Made by a program: the position numbers and the translations under genes. From a virus, in IMG/VR virus record IMGVR_UViG_3300025519_000001, positions 90,760 through 154,759 of that record: DNA of 64,000 nt; one strand, 5' to 3'. Position 1 is the stretch's first letter, and each line of letters opens with the position of its first letter. The notes beneath the pieces were generated by a model. That model was not told the origin of the DNA and ran no database searches. It saw only the letters and a program-made list of their open reading frames with translations. Below, piece by piece: positions 10,156 to 20,700 of the stretch.

Positions 10156-10819
10156 CCAAAATCACTCCGTCTTCATCTATTGATAAATAAACCGGATTGG
10201 TTAATTCTTTATTATACGAAAGCTTTTCAATAACTTCTATGTGTTCTGATGTTAATCTATTTAAATCTTTTTTAGGAATGAGAAAATTTTTTGAATCTAC
10301 GTTTAAAACTTCAGTTGAATTAATAAAATCTGGCGTATAAATTTCTTTAAAAAATAGAAGTTTTTGAATATCGTTTTCACTTAAAAACTCTTCATATAAA
10401 GGTACTTGTAATTTACCTCTATTTATTTCATCTTCTTTTGAATTCCATATATTAAATCCATGGGTTAATTTTGATAATTCCATTTCCGTATGAACTCTAA
10501 CTAAAAAACAACTAAGTTCTGCTCTATCCTCATTTACGTCTGAAGAATACATTCTAAATTGATCCAAAGCATTTGCTGCAAAATCTAAATATTCATATGT
10601 GTAATCCCCATAAACATCACTAAAAACAGGGCCATGAATATATCCCTTTAAAGATCTTAACTCATAAATATCATTTTCAATCTTCGAATACAATTCGTAG
10701 AAAAATAAAAATTTTTGTAATTTAAGTGGTGAATTAAATTCTCTTTCATGGTTATTTCTTAGCCAACCACATAAAATACGCTTTCTGGAACTAGAATTTA
10801 GGCCCGGATACCTATACAA
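10148..10819 (-). CDS. Panacea/SocA (DUF4065)-like antitoxin
   Basis: SPLKLQKFLFF, HGPVFSDVY, ELSKLTH..W motifs. Confidence 0.7.
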   Translation of the reverse strand: MYRYPGLNSSSRKRILCGWLRNNHEREFNSPLKLQKFLFFYELYSKIENDIYELRSLKGYIHGPVFSDVYGDYTYEYLDFAANALDQFRMYSSDVNEDRAELSCFLVRVHTEMELSKLTHGFNIWNSKEDEINRGKLQVPLYEEFLSENDIQKLLFFKEIYTPDFINSTEVLNVDSKNFLIPKKDLNRLTSEHIEVIEKLSYNKELTNPVYLSIDEDGVILVD

Positions 10820-10865
10820 ATTTTCACCCCCAAATTAAAGATAACGCAATACGAACACCTGAACT

Positions 10866-10894
10866 ATTATAGCATTGCGCTTTTAAAAAGTAAA
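10866..10894 (-). promoter_or_regulatory. Sigma-A promoter of the TA moron
   Basis: TTTACT-17-TATAAT with extended TG. Confidence 0.7.
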
Positions 10895-10924
10895 CATTTG
10901 GAAGCTAAATTTTTATTAAGACTT

Positions 10925-10960
10925 AAATAGAGGCCGATCACCATGACCAGCCTCTATTTT
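10925..10960. terminator. Terminator after surface-protein moron
   Basis: AAATAGAGGC...GCCTCTATTT hairpin. Confidence 0.5.
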
Positions 10961-10972
10961 GGTTACACGGTT

Positions 10973-11674
10973 TTAGAACATGCCTTTTGTATCGATATAA
11001 AACGAGTACCCCTTACCATTAATAATCAAGTGGAATAGTAGATTCTCTGTACCAGCATCTACCTTGCTTTTCCTGATCGTCCCAGTCACAGTGGTTCCAG
11101 CTTTTACGGGGGAAGAGAATTCGTTCTTTTCTCCTATTGTTCCATAGGTTTTATATTCTTTACCCGGAATATTATAATTAGCACCAAGAACGTTTGATCC
11201 ATAGTTAACCTGAAGATCCTTATCAGAATTATTCACAATCGTAACATTAAAGTCAGTCGAATACTCCCCAAGAGAAACCGAATTAACTGTTACCGAAACA
11301 TCATCATGAGTAACTGTAATAGGAAGTTTTTTGAATTCAAATCTTGGTTTATCTGTTGATGAATCTGTTGATGATGTAGAAGAATTATCTTGATTAACCG
11401 TACTTGAACTCGTAGCTGAATTTACACTATCCAATGAAACAACACCGCCTTTGTAATCAACCCTATATCCCGTAATAGTTCCAATATCACGCACAGGCAA
11501 ATATGTCTTGTTGTTAATGACAACTGGTTTTTCTGACAATGTTTTTTCTTGTCCATTTACTACGATTTTTAGGCTAGTTACTGTTACTGTTAGATTGCTT
11601 GCAGCATAAGATACACCACTGAAAAATAAGGCCCCACATAGAAACGCAGTAAGTAGTTTAAGTTTTTGGTTCAT
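10973..11674 (-). CDS. Secreted/surface protein with copper-amine-oxidase N-terminal (stalk) domain; moron
   Basis: Signal peptide (FLCGALFFSGVSYA), IVVNG...PVVINNKTYLPVRDIG...GYRVDY, Ser/Thr linker, Ig-like C-domain. Confidence 0.75.
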   Translation of the reverse strand: MNQKLKLLTAFLCGALFFSGVSYAASNLTVTVTSLKIVVNGQEKTLSEKPVVINNKTYLPVRDIGTITGYRVDYKGGVVSLDSVNSATSSSTVNQDNSSTSSTDSSTDKPRFEFKKLPITVTHDDVSVTVNSVSLGEYSTDFNVTIVNNSDKDLQVNYGSNVLGANYNIPGKEYKTYGTIGEKNEFSSPVKAGTTVTGTIRKSKVDAGTENLLFHLIINGKGYSFYIDTKGMF

Positions 11675-11716
11675 TATGATTCCTCCATTTTATATATTTT
11701 GTTTTATTCATAATTA

Positions 11717-11745
11717 ATTATATTAAAAATCGGAGGAAATGTCTA
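11717..11745 (-). promoter_or_regulatory. Sigma-A promoter of the surface-protein moron
   Basis: TAGACA-17-TATAAT. Confidence 0.7.
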
Positions 11746-11750
11746 CCTTT

Positions 11751-14700
11751 TTAAGAGAAATTATATTGAGTTCCTGATATATTAACTGTTCCTGTTGCAG
11801 TCAAATTAATATTTCCAGTTATATTTGCCGTCATTCCGCTAGTATTAATTGTAATAGAACCTGATGTTTTATGGGTCATTGTAATATCATTTCCGTTTTG
11901 AGTAATTATAAAATTTGTTCCACTATCATGTTCTAACTTAATAATTCCATTACTACAATGTAAAGTAATCCCCAAATCTTTTAGTAATAGTGAACGCTCA
12001 AGTCCGGTTGACCGTGCATATGATTTAACTTCCAATCCGTCTGCTGGTTTAGTGATAATAGCTTTACCAGAAAATTGAGAAAACCCATCACCAATACCCA
12101 TATAAATAGAAGGATAAGCATCAAATCCACTACCTTCAAAAGTAATTATCATTTTTTCCTTTTCATTCATTGAGTATTGCATTACAGGCCAAGCAGTAAC
12201 TTCAGTAGTCATTAAACCTGTTTGAGAAGAATTAACCCAATACAAAGGTCTTCCATCAGGCAAAGTTACTTGCGTACCGGAACCTTGAACTGTACCAGTT
12301 ATCCATCTTGCAACATTCTCTTGAATGACAATATAGTTAGACCAATCAGAAAGAGCGGCATTTGTGAGGGTAGATAATCTTCCAGCCGTCAAATCACTAA
12401 TAAAACCAACATCAGCAGTTACAAACTTTGCGCTTATCAGTTGAGCATCAACTGCCCCTGCACCAACAATGTCAAAATTATTCATATACATTTTCTTATT
12501 CTCCGAATCAATTATGACATTGTTATCTCCATCTTTAACTATCAATTTCTTAAATATAGCAGTACCATCAGGCTTTATCCATGTTGGTGCATTCGTAGCA
12601 TCTTCAGCACCAGCCCAAAATCCCTGCGAAGGATAGATTTTAACGACTCCACCTTGACCATCGCGAAGGATGATGTAACTTCCCTCGATTCCTCCGTCTA
12701 CAAAGAAACTGTTCGCAATCTGTATATCTTGCGCGTGAACCACACCATCCAAATCAGCCCAAAAAACATCTTTCCAGTTTGGATTTTCAGCAGTTCCAAT
12801 ATTCTTTTGTATTACGAACCCTCTAGTTCCACTCATATTTGAGCGGTACATATTATCACTTCTTGTAGCTGTGATCCCAGATGTATAATCTATAATGACA
12901 TCATTAAAGTAGGCACCAAATTGTACTGACGAATATTTGATTGAGTCATTAATAGCATTGACGATGTTTACAACTTCATCGTAATAATTCTTGAATTTTG
13001 ATATAAATTCATCTCGATCTATAATTGAAGTCTCGTCCATATTAACTAACAAAGGATTAAGATAATTCATAAGATCATTGTAGGCATTCGTAAAATTAGT
13101 TGGATTAATACGAATCGAGTTATCTCTTGTGGTGGTGGCATATGCCTGTGCTTGTGCTAGGAGTTTTTGATATTCTGATTTAATCCGTTCTCTTTCTCCA
13201 AGTATCTGAAGTTTTTCAATGGCTGTTAATTTCCCATCTGTGATGATATTGTCGAACTTCCCAATATCCATAAATTTTGTATAACTATCAAGCAGAAGTT
13301 CGTCAGTATCACTAACTATCTTAAGTCGTTTTGTTGTCATGTCTTCTGAATAAAGCAGACCTTCATTATCAACATAAAATTTGTCTTTATATTCGACGCC
13401 ATTCCATTGTTGAATTTTAAAGCCTACTTCAGAATTTATGATGATTTTATTGATGATCCTCGCATTAGGATCATCTGAAGCATAACGATTAACGAGAATG
13501 CCATATTGGTCAGGATTTTCTTCATATAGACCAATCTTCATGGCTTCGCGGCCAAAACGATCTGTAATAGTAGTCTTTGGGCCTTCGGTCAACCAGATGC
13601 CGTCACTGTCTCCGATGGTGACACGCTGGCCTAGGATCAGTTTCCCTAAAACCATTTCAGCAATGAGTCCATCGGCTGTGATGGCTGTCTCGTACCGCAA
13701 CCCTCCAGATCTGGTCAAACCAAGTGCGCCGTTGGTCAAACGAAGAAATCTTAAAGGATCATTTGGATCAGTAATCGTGATACCCTTACCATCAATAGTT
13801 ACAGTCTGGTTAACGGCCATATTAATTTGATTAGTAACCTTATCCCAAAAATTCTCAAACAACTGAGAAAACTCGCTAGTATCAACAACGGCCTGACCCC
13901 ATCTGGATTTATTTAAATCAACGACAGATGTAGTGTTTTTAGCATCGTGCATAAATTTTTCAAGCTGCAAAGCACCAGTTTTTAAATCCTTAAATTGAGC
14001 GATAGTTAATTTAACTGTCCCTTGTTCGTAATCAAATTCCATTTCTATTATTTTAGCTTCTACAAGAAGATCAAACATTTCATATTTAATAATTACTTTA
14101 TCTCCTAAAAACAATTGATTCCAATTTCTTTGCTCCTCTAGAACCTCTAAGAAATTAACAATATCAATATCTAATGTAAGCTTAGGGACTTTTAATTCAT
14201 CAAATCTCTTTTTAGCTTCTTCATATAAATCTGTGTCTTCAATAAATGTATCATCTTGCCAATCATATTCAATAATAAACCGATCTAATTCCATCCATTG
14301 TTCCGGCGTAAAATTATTTTCAACAGACAATAAATCTCGTATAGCATCAATATTTTGATCGACAGAATTTATTTGAGAATTTACGCTATCTATCTCCGCT
14401 TGTTTGGCATTAATCTGTATTTGCTTATTATCAAAATTATATTTTTCAACAATTTGCTCTTCGTTTCCGCTAGTATTAAATTCATCTTCACTAATATTTG
14501 CAACCTGAATAAAAACACCCGTATTACCTGAACCGGAGATGGTTACAGTTAATGTTGTTGTTTGTGGTACATCGGAACCAGTCGAAACTTTTTTTGAGAC
14601 AACCCAATATCCACTCATCATATACGATGATTGTCCATTGATAGTTAAAGTTTTTCCGACCACATCATCTACTTTAACCAAAACAGCATATTTATATGGA

Positions 14701-15779
14701 TTTCTTAAATTAAATGTTTTAGTAACAGTTGTTCCAGTAAAATTAAACTGTTCAAAAAACATTACACCATCAAATTGTTGTGCTAATTGGATTTGCGTTA
14801 TAGCGGCTAATTCATTTTTAAAGTCATTTAATTCTGTTGTTTTTTGTGATAAACTTTCCGTTAAAGTATCTCTTTGACTTGCTAAATCTCCAAATTGTCC
14901 TTCGTTTGCTTCTAATAATTCTTTATAATCAAGCAAAGCATTACATAAACTATCACTCATATGATAACTATGACTAATAATATTTTTGTTTTCATCTCGT
15001 TCAAAAGGAAAGAGGAAATATGAAAAATCCTCCAAATACCCCTGACCCGTTGGATTAAGTCTCTGAATACCCAATCCATCTTTCCCTGTTGGTTTAAATC
15101 TAGTTGCAATAATTTCAGCATTCGACTCTCTATTTAATGATTTTAGATATTTTTTATAAGAAATAGTCCCAAGACGATTTAAGCCATGTAGTTCAGGTTT
15201 AACCAATCTGAATGTGCGATTTACCGTATCCCATTCGATTATTGCATTGTACGTATCAACCACAGTAAAGATAGCTTCTAATAAAGTGTTATCATTGAAT
15301 TCAAATGAACGATAAGTTAATTCAAAGTCTGCATCTAAATATTCGATTGACCAATTTGCTGTAAGTGACAGTATATCATTTAAAACTTCTCTTGCGTTTT
15401 TAGCATCTTCTTTATAACCACTTATTTTTTTATCATTTAGTTCTTGTGGGAGATAAACACATTCAATTTCTTTTGCATCTCCATCTTCACTCGCCACATC
15501 AGTAATTTTGCTAATAATATACCATTCTGTTTTATTGCCAATGTCTACTTTTACATGATACCGCTCTCTGATTATGTCCGCGTTTCTATTCCTAACTAAT
15601 GTGCTATTTTCTTCGACATAATAGGGGATTTTAAAGGAAAAAGAAAAAATCTCTAATAGCGAAGTTTTTCTTGTAATATCATATGCTTCGCTAACCTTAG
15701 CGATAATTTCTCTATTTGCTTTAGCGATATGAATTTTTGGCCTAATTGGCTTTAAATTAAAATCTAAATCTCCTAACAA
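11751..15779 (-). CDS. Tal / tail spike-hub protein (prophage tail endopeptidase family) with C-terminal beta-helix
   Basis: Follows Dit; ATRFKPTGKDGL, LFLGDKVII, TAITADGLIAE motifs; gp5-like terminal strands ITGNINLTATGTVNISG. Confidence 0.8.
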   Translation of the reverse strand: MLGDLDFNLKPIRPKIHIAKANREIIAKVSEAYDITRKTSLLEIFSFSFKIPYYVEENSTLVRNRNADIIRERYHVKVDIGNKTEWYIISKITDVASEDGDAKEIECVYLPQELNDKKISGYKEDAKNAREVLNDILSLTANWSIEYLDADFELTYRSFEFNDNTLLEAIFTVVDTYNAIIEWDTVNRTFRLVKPELHGLNRLGTISYKKYLKSLNRESNAEIIATRFKPTGKDGLGIQRLNPTGQGYLEDFSYFLFPFERDENKNIISHSYHMSDSLCNALLDYKELLEANEGQFGDLASQRDTLTESLSQKTTELNDFKNELAAITQIQLAQQFDGVMFFEQFNFTGTTVTKTFNLRNPYKYAVLVKVDDVVGKTLTINGQSSYMMSGYWVVSKKVSTGSDVPQTTTLTVTISGSGNTGVFIQVANISEDEFNTSGNEEQIVEKYNFDNKQIQINAKQAEIDSVNSQINSVDQNIDAIRDLLSVENNFTPEQWMELDRFIIEYDWQDDTFIEDTDLYEEAKKRFDELKVPKLTLDIDIVNFLEVLEEQRNWNQLFLGDKVIIKYEMFDLLVEAKIIEMEFDYEQGTVKLTIAQFKDLKTGALQLEKFMHDAKNTTSVVDLNKSRWGQAVVDTSEFSQLFENFWDKVTNQINMAVNQTVTIDGKGITITDPNDPLRFLRLTNGALGLTRSGGLRYETAITADGLIAEMVLGKLILGQRVTIGDSDGIWLTEGPKTTITDRFGREAMKIGLYEENPDQYGILVNRYASDDPNARIINKIIINSEVGFKIQQWNGVEYKDKFYVDNEGLLYSEDMTTKRLKIVSDTDELLLDSYTKFMDIGKFDNIITDGKLTAIEKLQILGERERIKSEYQKLLAQAQAYATTTRDNSIRINPTNFTNAYNDLMNYLNPLLVNMDETSIIDRDEFISKFKNYYDEVVNIVNAINDSIKYSSVQFGAYFNDVIIDYTSGITATRSDNMYRSNMSGTRGFVIQKNIGTAENPNWKDVFWADLDGVVHAQDIQIANSFFVDGGIEGSYIILRDGQGGVVKIYPSQGFWAGAEDATNAPTWIKPDGTAIFKKLIVKDGDNNVIIDSENKKMYMNNFDIVGAGAVDAQLISAKFVTADVGFISDLTAGRLSTLTNAALSDWSNYIVIQENVARWITGTVQGSGTQVTLPDGRPLYWVNSSQTGLMTTEVTAWPVMQYSMNEKEKMIITFEGSGFDAYPSIYMGIGDGFSQFSGKAIITKPADGLEVKSYARSTGLERSLLLKDLGITLHCSNGIIKLEHDSGTNFIITQNGNDITMTHKTSGSITINTSGMTANITGNINLTATGTVNISGTQYNFS

Positions 15780-15807
15780 CGTTTAACCCCCTTCCCTTCG
15801 TATTAAA

Positions 15808-16446
15808 TTAAATTAATTTAAATTGATAACGAAATTGAATTCTTGCACTTCCGTTCACCCGAAACACATTTTCTCCTACTGGTAAATTCAAATAATTATC
15901 ATTGAAATTCAAATAACGATAAGTTGCCGCTAAATCTGTTTCAATATATTCCCGCTCATTATTTACATAAACCGTCTCATTATTGTTTAATCCAGTGAAT
16001 TTGAATTCTTCATTGTTGTTTGAGATATTAATTAATGAGAAATCTCCTGCTCCCTTTTTGGTTATCCATATCTCAGGTTGACAGAATGTATCTCCTTTAT
16101 TGTCAAACACGATTACTGGTTCAAATTCAAAAGTAATACTCGCCAATATAGGTTTATCATTTATATTTTTTGTTTTTAAAAACGCTCTAAATTTTAAAAC
16201 AGCATTTTTTAATGGAGAACTAGGCAAAACATCAGGTATTGTTCCGCCTTGAGTACACTGTTTCCAATCCGTCCAATCATAACCACCATCATAAGAAACG
16301 CTCGTATAAATCTTTAAGGACGTATTCTCAGTACCCGTTTCCGTCCACGTAACTTTACTAATCGCACCATCGCCCTCTAAAGAAAAGGGAATAGGCGAGG
16401 ATTCGTAATAACCCCCTAAACCCGATACATCCACCCACGTTGTCAT
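15808..16446 (-). CDS. Distal tail (Dit) C-terminal-like protein
   Basis: NKGDTFCQPEIWI...NNETVYVN...FNDNYLNLPVGENVFRVNG. Confidence 0.65.
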   Translation of the reverse strand: MTTWVDVSGLGGYYESSPIPFSLEGDGAISKVTWTETGTENTSLKIYTSVSYDGGYDWTDWKQCTQGGTIPDVLPSSPLKNAVLKFRAFLKTKNINDKPILASITFEFEPVIVFDNKGDTFCQPEIWITKKGAGDFSLINISNNNEEFKFTGLNNNETVYVNNEREYIETDLAATYRYLNFNDNYLNLPVGENVFRVNGSARIQFRYQFKLI

Positions 16447-16455
16447 TTAACCACC

Positions 16456-17091
16456 TTATTCGATTTTCCCAAAGTTTTTAAAATAAGCTGCTGTACCTGA
16501 TTCCTGCCATTTCACAATTTTGTAAGTTACCCAAACCACCTGATTATCAGATGTTGCAACACCGTCCGTTGTAGCCCATGTAGGCTCAGAAACACTTGAA
16601 GTCCCAGGAACCGTACAAAGATAAAAACGATTATTAGAAACTGTTGGGAAAACTATGTCATTAATGTTGTAGTACTTTGAAGGTTGCCATACTGATCCGT
16701 TCTTCGTATCATCTGTAATTGTTTGTGTAGCAACTTTAAAATCAGGCTGAAGAAAACCGCTTTTACCAGATTGAACACAAGTGTAATAATGACCATTATC
16801 GTTAACTGGAACAACTACATCTCCAACATTATAATTTTTCAACGACTCCCATTTTGGGGCAGCTTTCCCTGCGCGAACATTTACAGCCCCAATATAACCA
16901 CCAGAAACGGGAGTTTTGTATAATACCTGCCTATGTAAAGGCCAATCCCCACTTGTTGGAATAGCATCTACATAAACGGGAATATTGTCGGCAATCTTTT
17001 GGAAATTGGATGCTAGATCCATAATCGTTTGATAAATGTTATCATCAATATCAGGCTTAACTAGTTCAAGGTTAGAAGTTATCTCGGACAT
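16456..17091 (-). CDS. Carbohydrate-binding (CBM5/12-like repeat) tail protein
   Basis: Two W....Y.VGD.V.....YY.C repeats. Confidence 0.65.
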   Translation of the reverse strand: MSEITSNLELVKPDIDDNIYQTIMDLASNFQKIADNIPVYVDAIPTSGDWPLHRQVLYKTPVSGGYIGAVNVRAGKAAPKWESLKNYNVGDVVVPVNDNGHYYTCVQSGKSGFLQPDFKVATQTITDDTKNGSVWQPSKYYNINDIVFPTVSNNRFYLCTVPGTSSVSEPTWATTDGVATSDNQVVWVTYKIVKWQESGTAAYFKNFGKIE

Positions 17092-17107
17092 TTATATCCT
17101 CCTTTCA

Positions 17108-17725
17108 TTAAGGGTTTACGTATAAATCACGCCAAGTCCAATTTGGAGGTATATCACTCCACTTTTTTAATCCTGAACTTAAAGTGATCTGATTGTTACT
17201 ATTCAAAACTACACCACCATTCAAATCTCCACCTGAAAAATTGAATTTCCCAATCGTAAGCGGACTTTCATCCCAGTCATAAATTTCTGAAGTGGTTAGA
17301 GGAGAATAAGCATACGCGTCATTACATCTAAAATTTAATTCTATATATCCTTGTTTAAGTGAATTATGAATTAAAGATGAATCATCAACACAAAGAGCAT
17401 AATAAATCTTCTCTGGTTCATTTGAAAAAATCAAAGGCTTATAGTAATCAACTTCTGTTAGCCAACGCCGAACTTGTCTAATCAAATCATCGTCCCATGT
17501 ATTTTCAAAAGCAAAACTAACAGTTAATTTTAATGGTTGTTTTTTTAAATTAAAAAAATATGGCTTGCTTCTCCATCTAGTTTCTTGTTCTTCAATTGAT
17601 CTGTTATAAGCAAAATATTCTTCTTGCATACCGGAATTAATATTAATGTTCACAATCCCAAAATTTTTACTTGGTATATCGTTATATATAAAATAAAGCG
17701 AATCTCTGATTGTCAAAAAAATCAC
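17108..17725 (-). CDS. Distal tail (Dit) N-terminal-like protein
   Basis: Directly after TMP; F.YN...S..FGI, RWL....YKPLIF...PEKIYY, GYIELNFRCND.YAYS. Confidence 0.75.
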   Translation of the reverse strand: MIFLTIRDSLYFIYNDIPSKNFGIVNININSGMQEEYFAYNRSIEEQETRWRSKPYFFNLKKQPLKLTVSFAFENTWDDDLIRQVRRWLTEVDYYKPLIFSNEPEKIYYALCVDDSSLIHNSLKQGYIELNFRCNDAYAYSPLTTSEIYDWDESPLTIGKFNFSGGDLNGGVVLNSNNQITLSSGLKKWSDIPPNWTWRDLYVNP

Positions 17726-17748
17726 CTCAATTAAAAAGGGGAGAGGTT

Positions 17749-20700
17749 TTAGCCTCTCCCAATACGAACGCCTTTCTTGTTTAGACTACTGATAAAGTCA
17801 TTGGCAAAAGAGGAGCCATTTTTAGGTGTAGAAGGGAAGTTCATTGTTATATTTTCAATATTTGTGGTTACTGTAGAAGAAGCACTTGCCTGTTTTGGAG
17901 TAATAGCGCTCATTCCAACAGCAACACGATTTACAAGACTATTTATAAAACTTACTGGATTATCAAGGACAACTTCACCCTTTTTTAAAATGGCAGGTAT
18001 TTCATTAGATTTGAGAATTCTATCTAGCCACTTCTGAGTGGTAGTTCCTTCAACGCCCACTTCCCCGCCTTGATGATACACTTGAAGATTTTTTAATTGA
18101 TCATAACTTCCATCGGGGAAAGAAAACTTATCTCTATATTCCTGATTTATAGAGCGTAATTGCTCCATTTGATTTCTTATAGTGGCTATTTGAGATTGTG
18201 ATAAACCACCCGATTGAATTTCCTTTGCCAAAGAATCATATTTTTGTTTGTTGCTTAAATATTCTTTCCAAGCATTTTCTCTAATTGCATTTTGAGCGGT
18301 ACTCGTAACTACGCTACCAATAGAGCCATTAGAAATGCTAGAATTACTTGAACCACTTGAATTGCTTGAATTTCCTGTGGGTATTGGAAAATCATTTAAT
18401 TTTTCATAATCCATTTGGAAGTTACTATTTATCGTCGAAAACATATCTCCAAGTAAACTTGCATTATTTTTTAAATCGGCAAAAAACTCATCATACTGCC
18501 CACGAATAAGGTTTAAGGTGCTTTCGACTTTTGTCGCATCTTGACTCATCAAGTCTTGCTTTAGCTGATAAAAATAACGCTCATCCTCTAATATCGAATC
18601 ATAATAGTCTTCTCTTTCTTGCTTTTCGTCTTCTAGCTGTTTTGAAACTGAATCATGATAATTGTCTTCAAGTTCCTTTTGCTCGTCAATATAATCTTTT
18701 CGATCATCTAACTGATCTTGAAGGGCATTTTTGGTCAATTCTCTTTCGCGATCTCGCTGTTTTTCAGCGATTTGCTCATCAATATCACTTAATTGTTGTT
18801 GCAAATCGGCTCTTCTTGCTTTCGCCTCAAAGGAATCGTCTTTAAGCAGAGTGTTATACTGTGCTTGTATTTTTGCACGCTCGTCGAGCAACTTTTGTAA
18901 ATCTTGTTGGTAATCTTCTGTGCTATTTGCTCTATCCAATGCTTCCATTTGGGCATTTATATATTCCTCGAATTTATTATACTCGTCATCGAGATTTTTC
19001 ATTTTTTGGTCATGGCGTTCATTCTCGGCATCAATTTGTGCATCAATTGCTTTGAGCGCTAAATCCTTTTGTTGCTCAAGCATTTTTTTGTAAGCATCAA
19101 TGTAATCGTCTACTTGGCTTTCAAGATCAGATTCAATTTGGTCATCTAATTGAACCATCTGAGTTTGATAATCTCTAACATAACTCTTTAATTCCTCAAG
19201 TTTTGCCTGAGCACGATGACGTTCTTCTTCAGTTAATGTGGTAGTTAACTTTCTTTCGAGTTCAACAATCTGAGAATTATAAGACTTAATTCCTGCTAAC
19301 AAAGTATCTCGTATTTGACTGTTAATTTGTTGTGCTTGCTTTTTCTCTTCATCTGTATCAATATTTCCAAGAAGTGTCTTTTGAAAATCTAAATCACTTA
19401 ACGTTTCATTAAATCCTTCTGCCAAAGCTTCTGCTTGTTGTTTACCTACAGTCTCAGCCTGTGAAATAAGATCAGCACTTACAGAATCAAGAGCGGACAT
19501 GAGCGATTGTAAATAAATCTTATTTGCTTCTTTAATTGCGCTTGTCGCATTGCTGTTAATAATCGTTTTTGCCTTTGCAATTTCAGACAGAATTTTATTT
19601 TTTTCAGTTACTAAGGCACTCAATATTTCATTTGAATCATTTGCCAATGCAGCTTTTTCTTCTTTAGTATTGATCTCGCCCAACAAGGATATTTTATTGT
19701 TTGCCAAAGATTTAGATCTTTCTGCAACGCTCTGGATTTTGTCCAATCCCATTTGGAGAGTGTCTGCAATATCTGTTGTTGCCTGTTCTAGCTGAGATTT
19801 TGTATCGCCAAGTTTATTATCGAGTTCAAGAAAGCGCTCAACCATACTTTCAAGCTGACTGGCCGTATAACCCAGACGAGCAGAAGCTTTAGATTTTGAA
19901 AGAGCAACAAGTTTATCTTCTACATTATCTACAACCTCACCATTTTGAACCAATCCGACTCTTGTAAGTTTTGATTGAAGTGAACTTTTCTCTGAAAGCT
20001 GTTCTTTATTAAGATTATTTAAGGCGACTGTCAGTTTCGAATAGAGTGTTAGACGATCAGATAATAGTTTATCGTAAGATTCATTTTTAGCTTTTGCTTC
20101 ATCAATCTTTTTTGAATTGTCATCTAGTAGACGATTATATTTATCAACTTCAAGTTGTGCTTTGCTTATATTCAGATTAGGTTCGTATTGATTTGTTGAC
20201 GATGATTTGGATGACGATACTCCATAATTAGGATTTGAAAATATATCTTGAAATTTCTTTTTATAATTATCTTGAAGATCAACTAATTCGTGAATAAGAT
20301 TAATGGTATTTTGCGCATCTTGATTTAATGCTTTTACATGCACATTTCCCATTGTAATTTCTTCGCCAGTTTGAGAAATAGGATTATTATAAATATTTGC
20401 AATAGCTTGTTGTGCTGTCGCAAGGTCAGTGATCGAATCAATTTCAAGACCATAATATTTTAAACGATTTTGTAACTGCTTATATACTTCACTGGTCTTT
20501 GCGGCTTCCGCTGCTTTCGTTTGGGCTAACAGGTCAGCTTGCGATACTCTCAACGCATCTAGGGCGCTTTTTTCTAACGTCCATCCATCTTTTGTTTGCC
20601 TGATATATTGAATTAATTCTGGATACGATGAAATTAATTCACCAATTGATTTAGCATCTAACGATTTCCCTTTTGAAGAATCATACAATGCTTGATTTAA

